Positions 16,393-25,072 of a stretch of DNA of 55,721 nucleotides are shown piece after piece. Both the position numbers and the translations under genes were made by a program. Where the stretch lies: contig RFGT01000122.1 in the NCBI GenBank assembly GCA_003696975.1, forward strand, positions 1 through 55,721, given 5' to 3'. How positions within the stretch are numbered: the stretch's first letter is position 1; the number at the start of each line of letters is the position of its first letter. The notes below the pieces were generated by a model. The model worked only from the letters and a program-made list of their open reading frames with translations. It made no database searches and had not been told where the DNA came from. This stretch comes from Nitrospirota bacterium. GTDB taxonomy: Bacteria > Nitrospirota > Nitrospiria > Nitrospirales > UBA8639.

Positions 16393-16513
16393 AGCGTATC
16401 TTCACTCCTTCCTAGCTTTTTAGGGATTATGACCCTCTTTCAAACAAACCACCTGTCTCTCTCCAGACGCACATCTTGTTCCAACAGCAACAGACAAATG
16501 CGATTCCGACAAT

Positions 16514-17113
16514 TCACGATTTCGCTTTCGTTTTCCCTTTTCCTCCTTTGCCCCCCTTTCCACCCTTGCTCTTGCGTTTGAGCATCATCCTGAAGAGACC
16601 GAGCGCAACTGCCACGCTTCCGCCGATCACTCCATACAACGCCCATCCTCTACTTGGAAGCGGTGCACATTTGCCACCAAGTTGCACAGCCAGAACACGT
16701 TCTGTTGTCTTGTCATGGGGATCGAAATCCACCCGTGCATGCTTTTCATATTCCAAGGCGCGAATGAGTAAAGGATCCCCTTGATTCTCATCATGTAAGT
16801 GGAGCACCACTTTAAAGCGGCCATCCGTATCGGTAACGTCACTCCCTCCAACGGACGCTCTGGTATCTTTGACGATGACTTTAAGTCCCTCAAGGCCTTG
16901 CCCATCTTCCCCGCACACCCGGCCCGTTACCGTAAAGCGATGGTCCACTTCATGAAGCGCCCTCGCTTGGGTAATAGGCAAACTTGCCAGAATGGCGCAA
17001 ATGAAAATGCGGGTGACTGTGGTCGTTCCGGGATATCCCAATGGTCTGCCACGCTCCCTGATCCACCCATGGTTTCCACATTGTTCCTGGAGAGCCCAGT
17101 GGCACCACCTCAA
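16514..17113 (-). CDS. hypothetical exported protein: carboxypeptidase-regulatory-like beta-sandwich, C-terminal TM anchor and Lys/Gly-rich tail
   Basis: FTVTGRVCGEDGQGLEGLKVIVKD ... TDTDGRFKVVL resembles CarboxypepD_reg-type domains. A C-terminal helix (LYGVIGGSVAVALGLF) is followed by KRKSKGGKGGKGGKGKTKAKS. The start is uncertain (a TTG at 17041 would expose a signal peptide). Confidence 0.5.
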   Translation of the reverse strand: MRWCHWALQEQCGNHGWIRERGRPLGYPGTTTVTRIFICAILASLPITQARALHEVDHRFTVTGRVCGEDGQGLEGLKVIVKDTRASVGGSDVTDTDGRFKVVLHLHDENQGDPLLIRALEYEKHARVDFDPHDKTTERVLAVQLGGKCAPLPSRGWALYGVIGGSVAVALGLFRMMLKRKSKGGKGGKGGKGKTKAKS

Positions 17114-17265
17114 TCCTTACGCAACCTCAGCTCATGAGAAAAGGCAGGCAGTTGCAGGCAAAAGGTCCGTGACTTCTAGCATACCGAGATTTCCTCTGTC
17201 AATAATAAGACCAGCGTCATTCGTGCACGAAATGCGTGTCGATGCGACAAACGGCAACACAAAAG

Positions 17266-17631
17266 TTAGGTCTTCGGCCGGTAGATTTTTTGCGTTTCTT
17301 CCTGTTTTTTCCGCTGCCATGCTTCCCAAGACCTTCCAAATGCCATGTCTTCACCGGAAAATATAATGGCGGTAATCTGGTGATAGGGAACACGCCGGCG
17401 GTCAGGAGTACTGGCGAGCATAATGTCAAGATAAGGACAGGGGGAATGCGGTTGGCGATTGTACACATATCCCACGAGAGATTCGCCAGTTTTCAATTTG
17501 AGAGTCACGTCACCTCGATAATCAAACGCCCGCTCCACGATCCCCGCCAACTCCGCAGGGGTCTTGGGATGCACCACTGTGCCGTGCCAGCTCGCTGGTT
17601 CCGTCTCCAGCGAAAAGTGTTTCGACATCAC
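17266..17631 (-). CDS. hypothetical protein (121 aa), no recognised family
   Basis: The ORF is co-directional and follows hpnH after a 57-nt gap. Its composition is protein-like. No motif is recognised. Confidence 0.45.
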   Translation of the reverse strand: MMSKHFSLETEPASWHGTVVHPKTPAELAGIVERAFDYRGDVTLKLKTGESLVGYVYNRQPHSPCPYLDIMLASTPDRRRVPYHQITAIIFSGEDMAFGRSWEAWQRKKQEETQKIYRPKT

Positions 17632-17688
17632 TCTCCTCTTACGAGAGACGAAAAGGTCCCATCCCTTCGTTCAAGCAATGCCGCTTGC

Positions 17689-18699
17689 TTAGGTAGGGAA
17701 CAAGGTGGCACGTACCGTCCCCGTAAAACCTGACCAGGAGCTGAACGTTTCCTCAACGGCGGAGGCTTCGTATCCACAATGCACCATGCAATCGGCACAT
17801 TTTGGATTGCGTCCGGTTCCATAGCGGTCCCAATTCGTTTCCTCCATTAGTTCCCGGAATGTTTCAGCATATCCGTCTTGCAAGAGGTAACAGGGCCTCT
17901 GCCATCCGAAGATGTTATATGTGGGATTTCCCCATGGCGTACACTGATAGTCCCGTTTGCCCATCAGAAACTCCAAAAACAGCGGAGACTGATTGAATCG
18001 CCATGATCGTTTTCGATTGGCAAGCAACCGAGCAAATAATTCCTGTGTCCGATGCCGTGTCAAAAATCCATGCTGATCTGGCGCCTTTTCATAACTGTAG
18101 CCTGGAGAAATCATCATCCCTTCGACGCCGAGTTGCATCATTTCATCAAAAAATTCCCGCAACCGTTGAGGGTTGGCACCGTTAAAGACCGTGGTATTGG
18201 TCGTCACCCTGAATCCTCGTGCCAGTGCCGTTCGAATCGCCCGCACGGCAATATCGTAGACCCCCTCGCGACAGACGGCCAGATCATGCTCTTCCCGCAG
18301 GCCATCCATATGAATGCTGAACGTGAGATACTTGGAAGGGGTATATTCGTGGATCTTGCGCTCAAGCAACAATCCATTGGTGCAAAGATAGACATACTTC
18401 TTGCGTGCCACGAGTCCTCGCACAATTTCCGGCATCTCCGGATGGATGAGAGGCTCGCCCCCAGGAATACTGACGATGGGCGCTCCGCATTCTTCTGCAG
18501 CAGCCCAACATTGTTCCGGAGTCAATCGACGATCGAGAATATGCTCCGGATATTGAATTTTGCCGCATCCCGCGCAGGCGAGATTGCAGCGGAAAAGAGG
18601 CTCCAACATCAATACCAGGGGATAGCGCGTTTCTCCTTTAAGCTTTTTGGTGAGCACGTACCTCGCTACCGTTGCCATCTGAGACAAAGGCACAGCCAT
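17689..18699 (-). CDS. hpnH: radical SAM adenosylhopane synthase (hopanoid side-chain biosynthesis)
   Basis: The radical SAM cluster motif CNLACAGCGK is present, with an HpnH-like N-terminus (ARYVLTKKLKGETRYPLVLMLEPLFRCNLAC). The ATG at 18699 is preceded by GAAGGAG at 7-nt spacing. shc and hpnG lie in the same block. Confidence 0.85.
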   Translation of the reverse strand: MAVPLSQMATVARYVLTKKLKGETRYPLVLMLEPLFRCNLACAGCGKIQYPEHILDRRLTPEQCWAAAEECGAPIVSIPGGEPLIHPEMPEIVRGLVARKKYVYLCTNGLLLERKIHEYTPSKYLTFSIHMDGLREEHDLAVCREGVYDIAVRAIRTALARGFRVTTNTTVFNGANPQRLREFFDEMMQLGVEGMMISPGYSYEKAPDQHGFLTRHRTQELFARLLANRKRSWRFNQSPLFLEFLMGKRDYQCTPWGNPTYNIFGWQRPCYLLQDGYAETFRELMEETNWDRYGTGRNPKCADCMVHCGYEASAVEETFSSWSGFTGTVRATLFPT

Positions 18700-18754
18700 A
18701 TAAAAGCTCCTTCTCTTGCTGAGCGGCACACATGCGGTTTACGACAAAAGCTCG

Positions 18755-18830
18755 TGGAGGCGCCGGGCGGGTTCGAACCGCCGCATCGCAGTTTTGCAGA
18801 CTGCTCCCTTAGCCACTTGGGTACGGCGCC
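18755..18830 (-). tRNA. tRNA-Cys (anticodon GCA)
   Basis: The reverse complement reads GGCGCCGTACCCAAGTGGCTAAGGGAGCAGTCTGCAAAACTGCGATGCGGCGGTTCGAACCCGCCCGGCGCCTCCA. It has an acceptor stem GGCGCCG/CGGCGCC, an anticodon stem GCAGT/ACTGC with loop CTGCAAA, a GGTTCGAACC T-arm, and an encoded CCA. Confidence 0.9.
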
Positions 18831-18901
18831 CCGGGAGGGATTATAACGAGCCTGCTTTCACCAAAACAAGCCACACTGTGAGTTGCGGGGAGATTGTTGT
18901 C

Positions 18902-20065
18902 TCAGAAGGGAAGCATGGGGAGCTCTCGACGAGATGGGATCGATGGGTTTTCAGGAAGGGCGGTCAGTTGTGTAGCTCCCGTCGAAGAAGGGGCAGGGGC
19001 TTCATGGTTCTTCGCCAACAGTTCGACTTCTTCCACAAGCCGATCGATCAACTCCTCCGACCGCACCTTTCGCACGAGCTTGCCTTTTTTAAATAAAATG
19101 CCCATCCCTTGACCGCCGGCAATACCCACATCGGCTTCTTTGCCTTCGCCGATTCCATTCACCACGCATCCGAGCACCGAGACATTGAGAGGCGCGCGAA
19201 TATGGCTCAACCGTTTTTCCAATTCGTTGGCCATCCGAATCACATCAATTTCTACTCGGCCACAGGTCGGGCACGCAATCACATTCACCCCTCGGTGCCG
19301 AAGCTCGAGTGCCTTCAGAATCTCGAATCCCACACGCACTTCTTCAACTGGATCCGCAGCCAACGACACGCGAATCGTGTCGCCAATTCCTTGCGTCAGA
19401 AGCCAACCGATCCCGATCGCTGACTTCACCGCCCCCGTCATGGCCGTTCCAGCCTCGGTAATACCAAGATGAAGTGGATAGTCGGCTTGCTGGGCAAACA
19501 TCCAATAGGCATCCACAGCCGTATGGATATCAGAGGCCTTCAACGAGACCTTCATATTGGTGAAGCCGATATCTTCAAGCGCACGCACCGCATTGAGGGC
19601 TGACTCCACCAATGCTTCCGCCGTAGGATACCCGTATTTTTCAAGTAGGGGCCGTTCCAAAGATCCTCCATTCACGCCAATCCGAAGAGGAATCCCATAG
19701 TCAGTCACCGCCTTGACAATCTCTTGTACCTTCCACCATGGTCCAATGTTTCCGGGATTGATGCGCACACAATCAGCAGTCTTCGCAGCTTGCACCGCTA
19801 AGCGATAGTCGAAGTGCACGTCGGCGATCAAGGGAACAGTCATTTCCGCCTTGATACGAGGCAGCGCGGATGCGGCTTCCCTATCAGGGACTGCCACTCG
19901 AATTAATTCGCACCCTGCTTGCTCGAGTTGACGAATTTGGGCCACGGTCTCCTTGACGTGACCGGGGTGAGGCACAGTCATAGATTGGACAGAAATGGGA
20001 GCCCCTCCTCCGATTTTGACCGAACCTACCTGGATCTGTCTGGTCTTTCGACGCGTAATGTACAT
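18902..20065 (-). CDS. ispG: 4-hydroxy-3-methylbut-2-en-1-yl diphosphate synthase (MEP pathway)
   Basis: The N-terminus is typical of IspG (TRQIQVGSVKIGGGAPISVQSMT). Cluster cysteines are present (IACPTCGR ... GCVVNGIGE). Confidence 0.9.
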   Translation of the reverse strand: MYITRRKTRQIQVGSVKIGGGAPISVQSMTVPHPGHVKETVAQIRQLEQAGCELIRVAVPDREAASALPRIKAEMTVPLIADVHFDYRLAVQAAKTADCVRINPGNIGPWWKVQEIVKAVTDYGIPLRIGVNGGSLERPLLEKYGYPTAEALVESALNAVRALEDIGFTNMKVSLKASDIHTAVDAYWMFAQQADYPLHLGITEAGTAMTGAVKSAIGIGWLLTQGIGDTIRVSLAADPVEEVRVGFEILKALELRHRGVNVIACPTCGRVEIDVIRMANELEKRLSHIRAPLNVSVLGCVVNGIGEGKEADVGIAGGQGMGILFKKGKLVRKVRSEELIDRLVEEVELLAKNHEAPAPSSTGATQLTALPENPSIPSRRELPMLPF

Positions 20066-20075
20066 AAGCGTTGTG

Positions 20076-21974
20076 CTATTCCTGCGTTACAAACGAACGG
20101 GACACGAGCTTGGCGTGAAAACGCTTTGCCTGCTCCGCGATCCCTTCGGCGGTTAATCCGTACTTTTGTCGCAACAGGTCTTGCGGCCCTTGTTCGATAT
20201 ACCAGTCAGGAAGGCCAAGACACTTTGTGGGGACATGGATATCTTCCTCAGAAAACATCTCCAGCACCGCGGAACCAAACCCTCCCATTCGCGATGCTTC
20301 CTCGATAGTCAGCACCCCCCTTACCTGCCGAGCTATTTGGCCAAGCAATTCGCGATCAAGGGGTTTGACAAACCGCGCATTGACCACAGCTATGGACAGT
20401 CCGTCTTGCTCAAGGGACTCGGCCGCACTCATGGCTTGGTGCACCGTAATGCCGATGGCGATCAAGGCGAGATCATGCCCTTCTCGTAAGACTTCCGCCT
20501 TCCCAATGGGAAGCACCATGGGGATGGGATCCATGTCGACTCCCAATACGATCCCCCGAGGATATCGGACGGCAGCCGGACCATGGTACGCCACGCAGGT
20601 CTTCACCATATGCTGCAGTTCATTTTCATCTTTGGGCGCCATGATCACCATATTGGGCATATGCCGCAGATAGGCGAAATCGAACGCGCCATGATGGGTT
20701 GTTCCATCTTCGGCCACTAGCCCGCCCCGATCGATACAGAATGTGACCGGTAAATTCTGCATCGCCACATCGTGAATCACTTGATCGTAGGCCCGCTGGA
20801 GAAACGTGGAATAAATGGGCACTACGGGTTTCATTCCCCGTGCCGCCAATCCAGCGGCAAATGTGACAGCATGTTGTTCAGCGATGCCTACATCGTACAG
20901 CCGATCAGGGAACACTTTCTCAAACGCCGCCAAACCCGTTCCCTCAATCATAGCCGCGGTAATGGCCACAATCCGTGAATCTTCCCGTGCAAGTTTCACC
21001 AAGGTATTGATGGCCACTGCACTGTATGAGGGTTTGGCCGGCCGATGCACCGGTTGGCCAGTCCGGAGGTCAAATGCAGAGCACGCGTGAAACCACACGG
21101 GATTGGTCATGGCGGGTTCATAGCCATATCCTTTTTTGGTGATCACATGTAGTAATGTCGGGCCTTTCAATTTGAGTACGTTCTGCAACGTGGGCAAGAG
21201 ATGCTCGAAGTTATGTCCGTCGATCGGTCCCACATAGCGGAATCCAAGTTCCTCAAACAGCAGGCCCGGGAGAATCAAGCCCTTGGCCAACTCTTCGGCC
21301 CGCACAGCCATTCGTTTAACCGATTCTCCAATTTGGGGAATCGCCGCGCACAACTGTGCCGCCTCTTCACGCAGCCGTACATAGAATTCGCCCGTGAATG
21401 TCCGGTTGAGATAGGCGGAAATCGCGCCTACGTTTTTGGAAATGGACATTTGGTTATCGTTCAAAATGACCAGCAAATCCCGCCGCAGCGCTCCAGCCTG
21501 TTGGAGCCCTTCCAATGTCATCCCCGCCGTAAGAGCCCCATCCCCCACCACACACACAACCTTGTGGGACAACTTTTGGTGCTCACGGGCCTCAACAAAC
21601 CCAACAGCCGCGGAAACACCTGTACCGGCATGCCCAGCATTGAAGGTGTCATAGATGCTTTCCTCACGCTTGCAAAAGCCACTCAGCCCCCCAAACTGTC
21701 GAATGGTGTGGAACTGCTCGCGCCGGCCAGTCAACAACTTATGGGCATACGTCTGGTTGCTGGTATCCCAGACGATCAAATCATCCGGTGTCTCAAGCAG
21801 ATAATGCAGAGCCACGGTCAGCTCCACCACACCCAAGTTCGACGCCAAATGCCCTCCTACCTGAGAGATAACCGAGAGAATGCGCTCCCGAATCTCTTGG
21901 CAGACCTGGGGGAGCGCTTCCGGCGGAAGCTGTTTCAGATCAGCGGGGTTGTTAATTGTACTGAGATATTTCAT
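20076..21974 (-). CDS. dxs: 1-deoxy-D-xylulose-5-phosphate synthase
   Basis: The full-length protein resembles DXS: GGHLASNLGVVELTVALHY, the TPP motif GDGALTAGM ... NDN, and IAEQHAVTFAAGLA. Confidence 0.95.
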   Translation of the reverse strand: MKYLSTINNPADLKQLPPEALPQVCQEIRERILSVISQVGGHLASNLGVVELTVALHYLLETPDDLIVWDTSNQTYAHKLLTGRREQFHTIRQFGGLSGFCKREESIYDTFNAGHAGTGVSAAVGFVEAREHQKLSHKVVCVVGDGALTAGMTLEGLQQAGALRRDLLVILNDNQMSISKNVGAISAYLNRTFTGEFYVRLREEAAQLCAAIPQIGESVKRMAVRAEELAKGLILPGLLFEELGFRYVGPIDGHNFEHLLPTLQNVLKLKGPTLLHVITKKGYGYEPAMTNPVWFHACSAFDLRTGQPVHRPAKPSYSAVAINTLVKLAREDSRIVAITAAMIEGTGLAAFEKVFPDRLYDVGIAEQHAVTFAAGLAARGMKPVVPIYSTFLQRAYDQVIHDVAMQNLPVTFCIDRGGLVAEDGTTHHGAFDFAYLRHMPNMVIMAPKDENELQHMVKTCVAYHGPAAVRYPRGIVLGVDMDPIPMVLPIGKAEVLREGHDLALIAIGITVHQAMSAAESLEQDGLSIAVVNARFVKPLDRELLGQIARQVRGVLTIEEASRMGGFGSAVLEMFSEEDIHVPTKCLGLPDWYIEQGPQDLLRQKYGLTAEGIAEQAKRFHAKLVSRSFVTQE

Positions 21975-22184
21975 GATTGCGAATTCCTTTCATGGAACAA
22001 ATATGCAGCCCCGACACCTCTTCGCTTTTCCATCGTAACCGACGTTGATTTCGAGAGGCAGTCTCCCACACCAACACCACGCTGTCAAGGTGAAAAGGCC
22101 CCCTTCCCTCGGGTCCTCTCACCTCGAAAAGGCCCTTGTGACCGTTGTATGCAGACCTCAGGGGACCAATGCATGCTGACATGG

Positions 22185-22823
22185 TTAAGAGGCCTGCTTT
22201 GCGCGAGTTTTTTTCCGCAATTTTTCGAAGAGGCCCTCCATCGAGGAATCTTTAATAATCCTTGTGAACTGTCCGCGAAAGTTTTTGACAAGACTGACAC
22301 CGTCAATGACGACATCATAGACACGCCAGTCCCCCGATTTCTTGAGCAGACGATATGACAAGGGAACCTCCAGCTTTTCAGAGATGACTTTCGTTTGAAC
22401 TTCAGCATACTTGTTCCCCTTTTGGCGTTCGCGGAGATACTCCACTCGCTCTCCCGAGTATCCATCAACATTCTTGGCATAGGTTGCGGATAGATATTGC
22501 TTAAACAGAGCGACAAACTCTTGCTGTTGCGCGGGGGTCAGCGTATGCCAATACCGTCCCAAGGTCCGCTTACTCATTTCCTCATAATCAAATCGTTTAG
22601 ATACGACCTCCTCCAATAACTGTCGACGCTCTTGCGCTCGTTCAGGCTGCTGCAAGGCTTCATCCTGCAAGATAGCCAGGACTTGATCGACGGTTTCTTT
22701 GACTGCTGCCGTCGCCGACCCTCCACCGGCTACCGCAAGAGCGCACATCCCCACCCAGAGACTGGCTGCTCCACACCACACCACTAGGGATTTCACGTGG
22801 AGTTCAATCCACCCTCGCTTCAT
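22185..22823 (-). CDS. MlaC/Ttg2D-family periplasmic lipid-binding protein (HpnM-like)
   Basis: It matches the Tol/Ttg2D pattern: FDYEEMSKRTLGRYWHTLTPAQQQEF ... YLSATYAKNVDGYSGERVEY ... DWRVYDVVIDGVSLVKNFRGQF. The ATG at 22823 has a GAGGTGG upstream. The longest ORF begins at GTG 22841. Confidence 0.75.
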   Translation of the reverse strand: MKRGWIELHVKSLVVWCGAASLWVGMCALAVAGGGSATAAVKETVDQVLAILQDEALQQPERAQERRQLLEEVVSKRFDYEEMSKRTLGRYWHTLTPAQQQEFVALFKQYLSATYAKNVDGYSGERVEYLRERQKGNKYAEVQTKVISEKLEVPLSYRLLKKSGDWRVYDVVIDGVSLVKNFRGQFTRIIKDSSMEGLFEKLRKKTRAKQAS

Positions 22824-22914
22824 GGCACCCACCTCTTCCACCGTTGGTTAGGCTATTAGGACGTTTAGGACCTTTCGTCCTCGACGTGCCCCTTTTCCCT
22901 AGTCTTTCCAGCAA

Positions 22915-23358
22915 CTAGTCGACATTGCCGTGAATAAACTGGCTAATGACGTCTTCCAAATCAATCCCCGGTTCGGTATCCACGATTGTATCGCCTGGTT
23001 TGAGAGGGTCACCCGCTCCACCTGGCGAGATTTCCATAAACTTTTCACCGATAATTCCGCGTGTTTTGATGGAGGCAATGGCATCGCTATACAGTTGAAC
23101 GTCCTGGCGAATGGCCAGAGTCACCGAGGCTTGATAATCCTTGAGCTGAATCCTCTTGACCCGCCCAACCTCCACCCCAGCGATCTCAACGGGAGCACCT
23201 GGTTTCAAACCGGAGGTTGAGGTGAAGTCAGCGTAGATCTCATAATAATTCCCTCCTACCACCTCTAATTTTCCCAACTTGATTGCCAGATATCCCAAAC
23301 ACAGGATGCCGACCAACACAAACCCGCCCACGGTCAACTCAAGTCGACTATACTCCAT
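22915..23358 (-). CDS. mlaD: MlaD-type MCE-domain protein
   Basis: It has an N-terminal TM segment (LTVGGFVLVGILCLGYLAI) and a single MCE domain (GLKPGAPVEIAGVEVGRVKRI). Confidence 0.85.
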   Translation of the reverse strand: MEYSRLELTVGGFVLVGILCLGYLAIKLGKLEVVGGNYYEIYADFTSTSGLKPGAPVEIAGVEVGRVKRIQLKDYQASVTLAIRQDVQLYSDAIASIKTRGIIGEKFMEISPGGAGDPLKPGDTIVDTEPGIDLEDVISQFIHGNVD

Positions 23359-23458
23359 ACCTTAGCCTATTGTCTGCATTCCTACCAGACTTCTCCCTAC
23401 CAGATAGGTTCACGTACCCGCCGTTCAGGTTCACCACACTTCCCTTAACGGACGCTCC

Positions 23459-24217
23459 TCAGGCATCCACCGGAACGCTCATTCCGCCATCCATGACGCT
23501 GAGAAATTCTCGCACGTCTGGATGTGATAACCGCGGAAATTCATGAGACGGGGCCATGGCAATAATCTGCCCGTGCTTGAGCATAGCCACCCAATCCGAA
23601 ATCGAGAAAATCGCGGGAATGTCATGACTCACCATAACCGCCGTGAATCCAAACACCTTGTGCATCGCGCGAATAAGATCGTGAATGGTCTTGGCCATCA
23701 GGGGATCCAGCCCTGTAGTCGGTTCATCAAACAGAATAATTTCCGGCCCCATTACCAGGGCACGCGCCAGACCCACCCGCTTTTTCATTCCCCCGCTCAA
23801 CTCAGCGGGAAACTTATGCCCCATTCCCGTCAACCCGACTCGTTCCAGCATATCATTGACCACTCGCGGCACTTCGCGCTCAGGTACAAGTCGTTTTTCT
23901 CGCAGAGGGAAGGCGACATTATCGAACACTGTCATGGAGTCGAATAGCGCGGCAGATTGAAACAGCATCGCAAACCGCTTGCGCACCTCATTCAGGGCTT
24001 TCCCTGTCAACCGCGACAGTTCAACGCCATCCACCCATATCTCCCCACGGTCCGGTTTCATCAGACCAATAATGTGTTTCAGGAGAACGCTTTTCCCCTC
24101 TCCACTTGGCCCAATGATGGTGGTCAATTGCCCGGTGGGAATTGTCAAATTGACCCCACGCAGGACGACCTGTTTCCCAAAGCTCTTCTCGACCCCCTTG
24201 AGGGTGATCATAGACAA
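23459..24217 (-). CDS. mlaF: MlaF-type ABC transporter ATP-binding protein
   Basis: Walker A GPSGEGKS, signature LSGGMKKRVGLARAL and Walker B ILFDEP are all present. Confidence 0.9.
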   Translation of the reverse strand: MSMITLKGVEKSFGKQVVLRGVNLTIPTGQLTTIIGPSGEGKSVLLKHIIGLMKPDRGEIWVDGVELSRLTGKALNEVRKRFAMLFQSAALFDSMTVFDNVAFPLREKRLVPEREVPRVVNDMLERVGLTGMGHKFPAELSGGMKKRVGLARALVMGPEIILFDEPTTGLDPLMAKTIHDLIRAMHKVFGFTAVMVSHDIPAIFSISDWVAMLKHGQIIAMAPSHEFPRLSHPDVREFLSVMDGGMSVPVDA

Positions 24218-24259
24218 GTCGCTCTTGCTTGCAAAAACGGCCCCGGAGGTTCACCGATT

Positions 24260-25072
24260 TTACAGGAGAACGGACGTCAAAAAATAATCCCACACCAGAA
24301 TCAGGACCGAGGTCAACACCACGGCCTCGGTCGTGGCTTTGCCTAATCCCTCTGCACTCATTTGCGTATAAAATCCTTTATAACAACAGACCCAACTCAC
24401 GATCACCCCAAAACTCACCGCCTTGAGCAATCCCCCATACACATCTCGCCATTCCACCGCCGACTCAACCGAACTCCAGAAAGAGCCGGCACTCGCGCCC
24501 AGCAACTGCACTCCCACAACATAGCCTCCCCAAATCCCCACCACATCAAACATCGAGACAAGCAGCGGTACCACAAGAATTGCCGCCAGCATCTTGGGGG
24601 TGATCAGATATTGGACAGGGTTGACCGCCATGGTCTCTAAGGCATCGATTTGTTCGGTAATGCGCATAAGTCCAATTTCTGCCGTCATTGCCGATCCCGA
24701 TCGTGCGGTTACCATGAGGGATGCCAACACTGGCCCCAACTCTCGAATCATGCTGAGAGCCACGGCCGAACCTAACAGGGCTTCAGCCCCAAATTTTCTC
24801 AAGGAATAGTAGCCTTGGAGCGCCAACACCATCCCCGTAAAAATGGCGGTCAGCACTACGACAAAGGTTGTTTTAAACCCAATGACATGCAGTTGCTTGA
24901 GAATCTCGCGAGGACGAAACGGAGGACGTAGCGCCCACAATCCGACCTGAAGCAAAAACAGAAACATTCGTCCCATTTCCTGGATGACCCAAAGACTGAC
25001 TCGACCCGTCTTCCCTGGAAGCGCAATTACAACAGTTTTGAACGGTTGCACCGCTCTCCTGCTCCTTCTCAC
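24260..25072 (-). CDS. mlaE: MlaE-type ABC transporter permease
   Basis: The sequence is MlaE-like (ILKQLHVIGFKTTFVVVLTAIFTGMVLALQGY ... ITEQIDALETMAVNPVQYLITPKMLA). The longest ORF (to 25162) overlaps hpnG by 94 nt. A GTG at 25072 overlaps the hpnG TGA as GTGA and gives a typical product of about 270 aa. Confidence 0.8.
   Translation of the reverse strand: MRRSRRAVQPFKTVVIALPGKTGRVSLWVIQEMGRMFLFLLQVGLWALRPPFRPREILKQLHVIGFKTTFVVVLTAIFTGMVLALQGYYSLRKFGAEALLGSAVALSMIRELGPVLASLMVTARSGSAMTAEIGLMRITEQIDALETMAVNPVQYLITPKMLAAILVVPLLVSMFDVVGIWGGYVVGVQLLGASAGSFWSSVESAVEWRDVYGGLLKAVSFGVIVSWVCCYKGFYTQMSAEGLGKATTEAVVLTSVLILVWDYFLTSVLL

Noticed and set aside
16514-16580. The Lys/Gly-rich tail region as a DNA tandem repeat comparable to the Pro10 repeat.
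   Set aside because: The underlying DNA is only an imperfect pyrimidine-rich low-complexity stretch, not an exact tandem repeat.
18052-18846. A 264-aa plus-strand ORF.
   Set aside because: It lies antisense to hpnH (radical SAM motif on the minus strand) and runs across the tRNA-Cys gene. It has no recognisable domain.
21201-22358. A 385-aa plus-strand ORF, the longest unassigned ORF in the track.
   Set aside because: It lies antisense to dxs and the MlaC-like gene, both of which have unmistakable family motifs. Its translation is Arg/Pro/Ser/Gln-rich with no motif, as expected for a shadow ORF in moderately GC-rich coding DNA.
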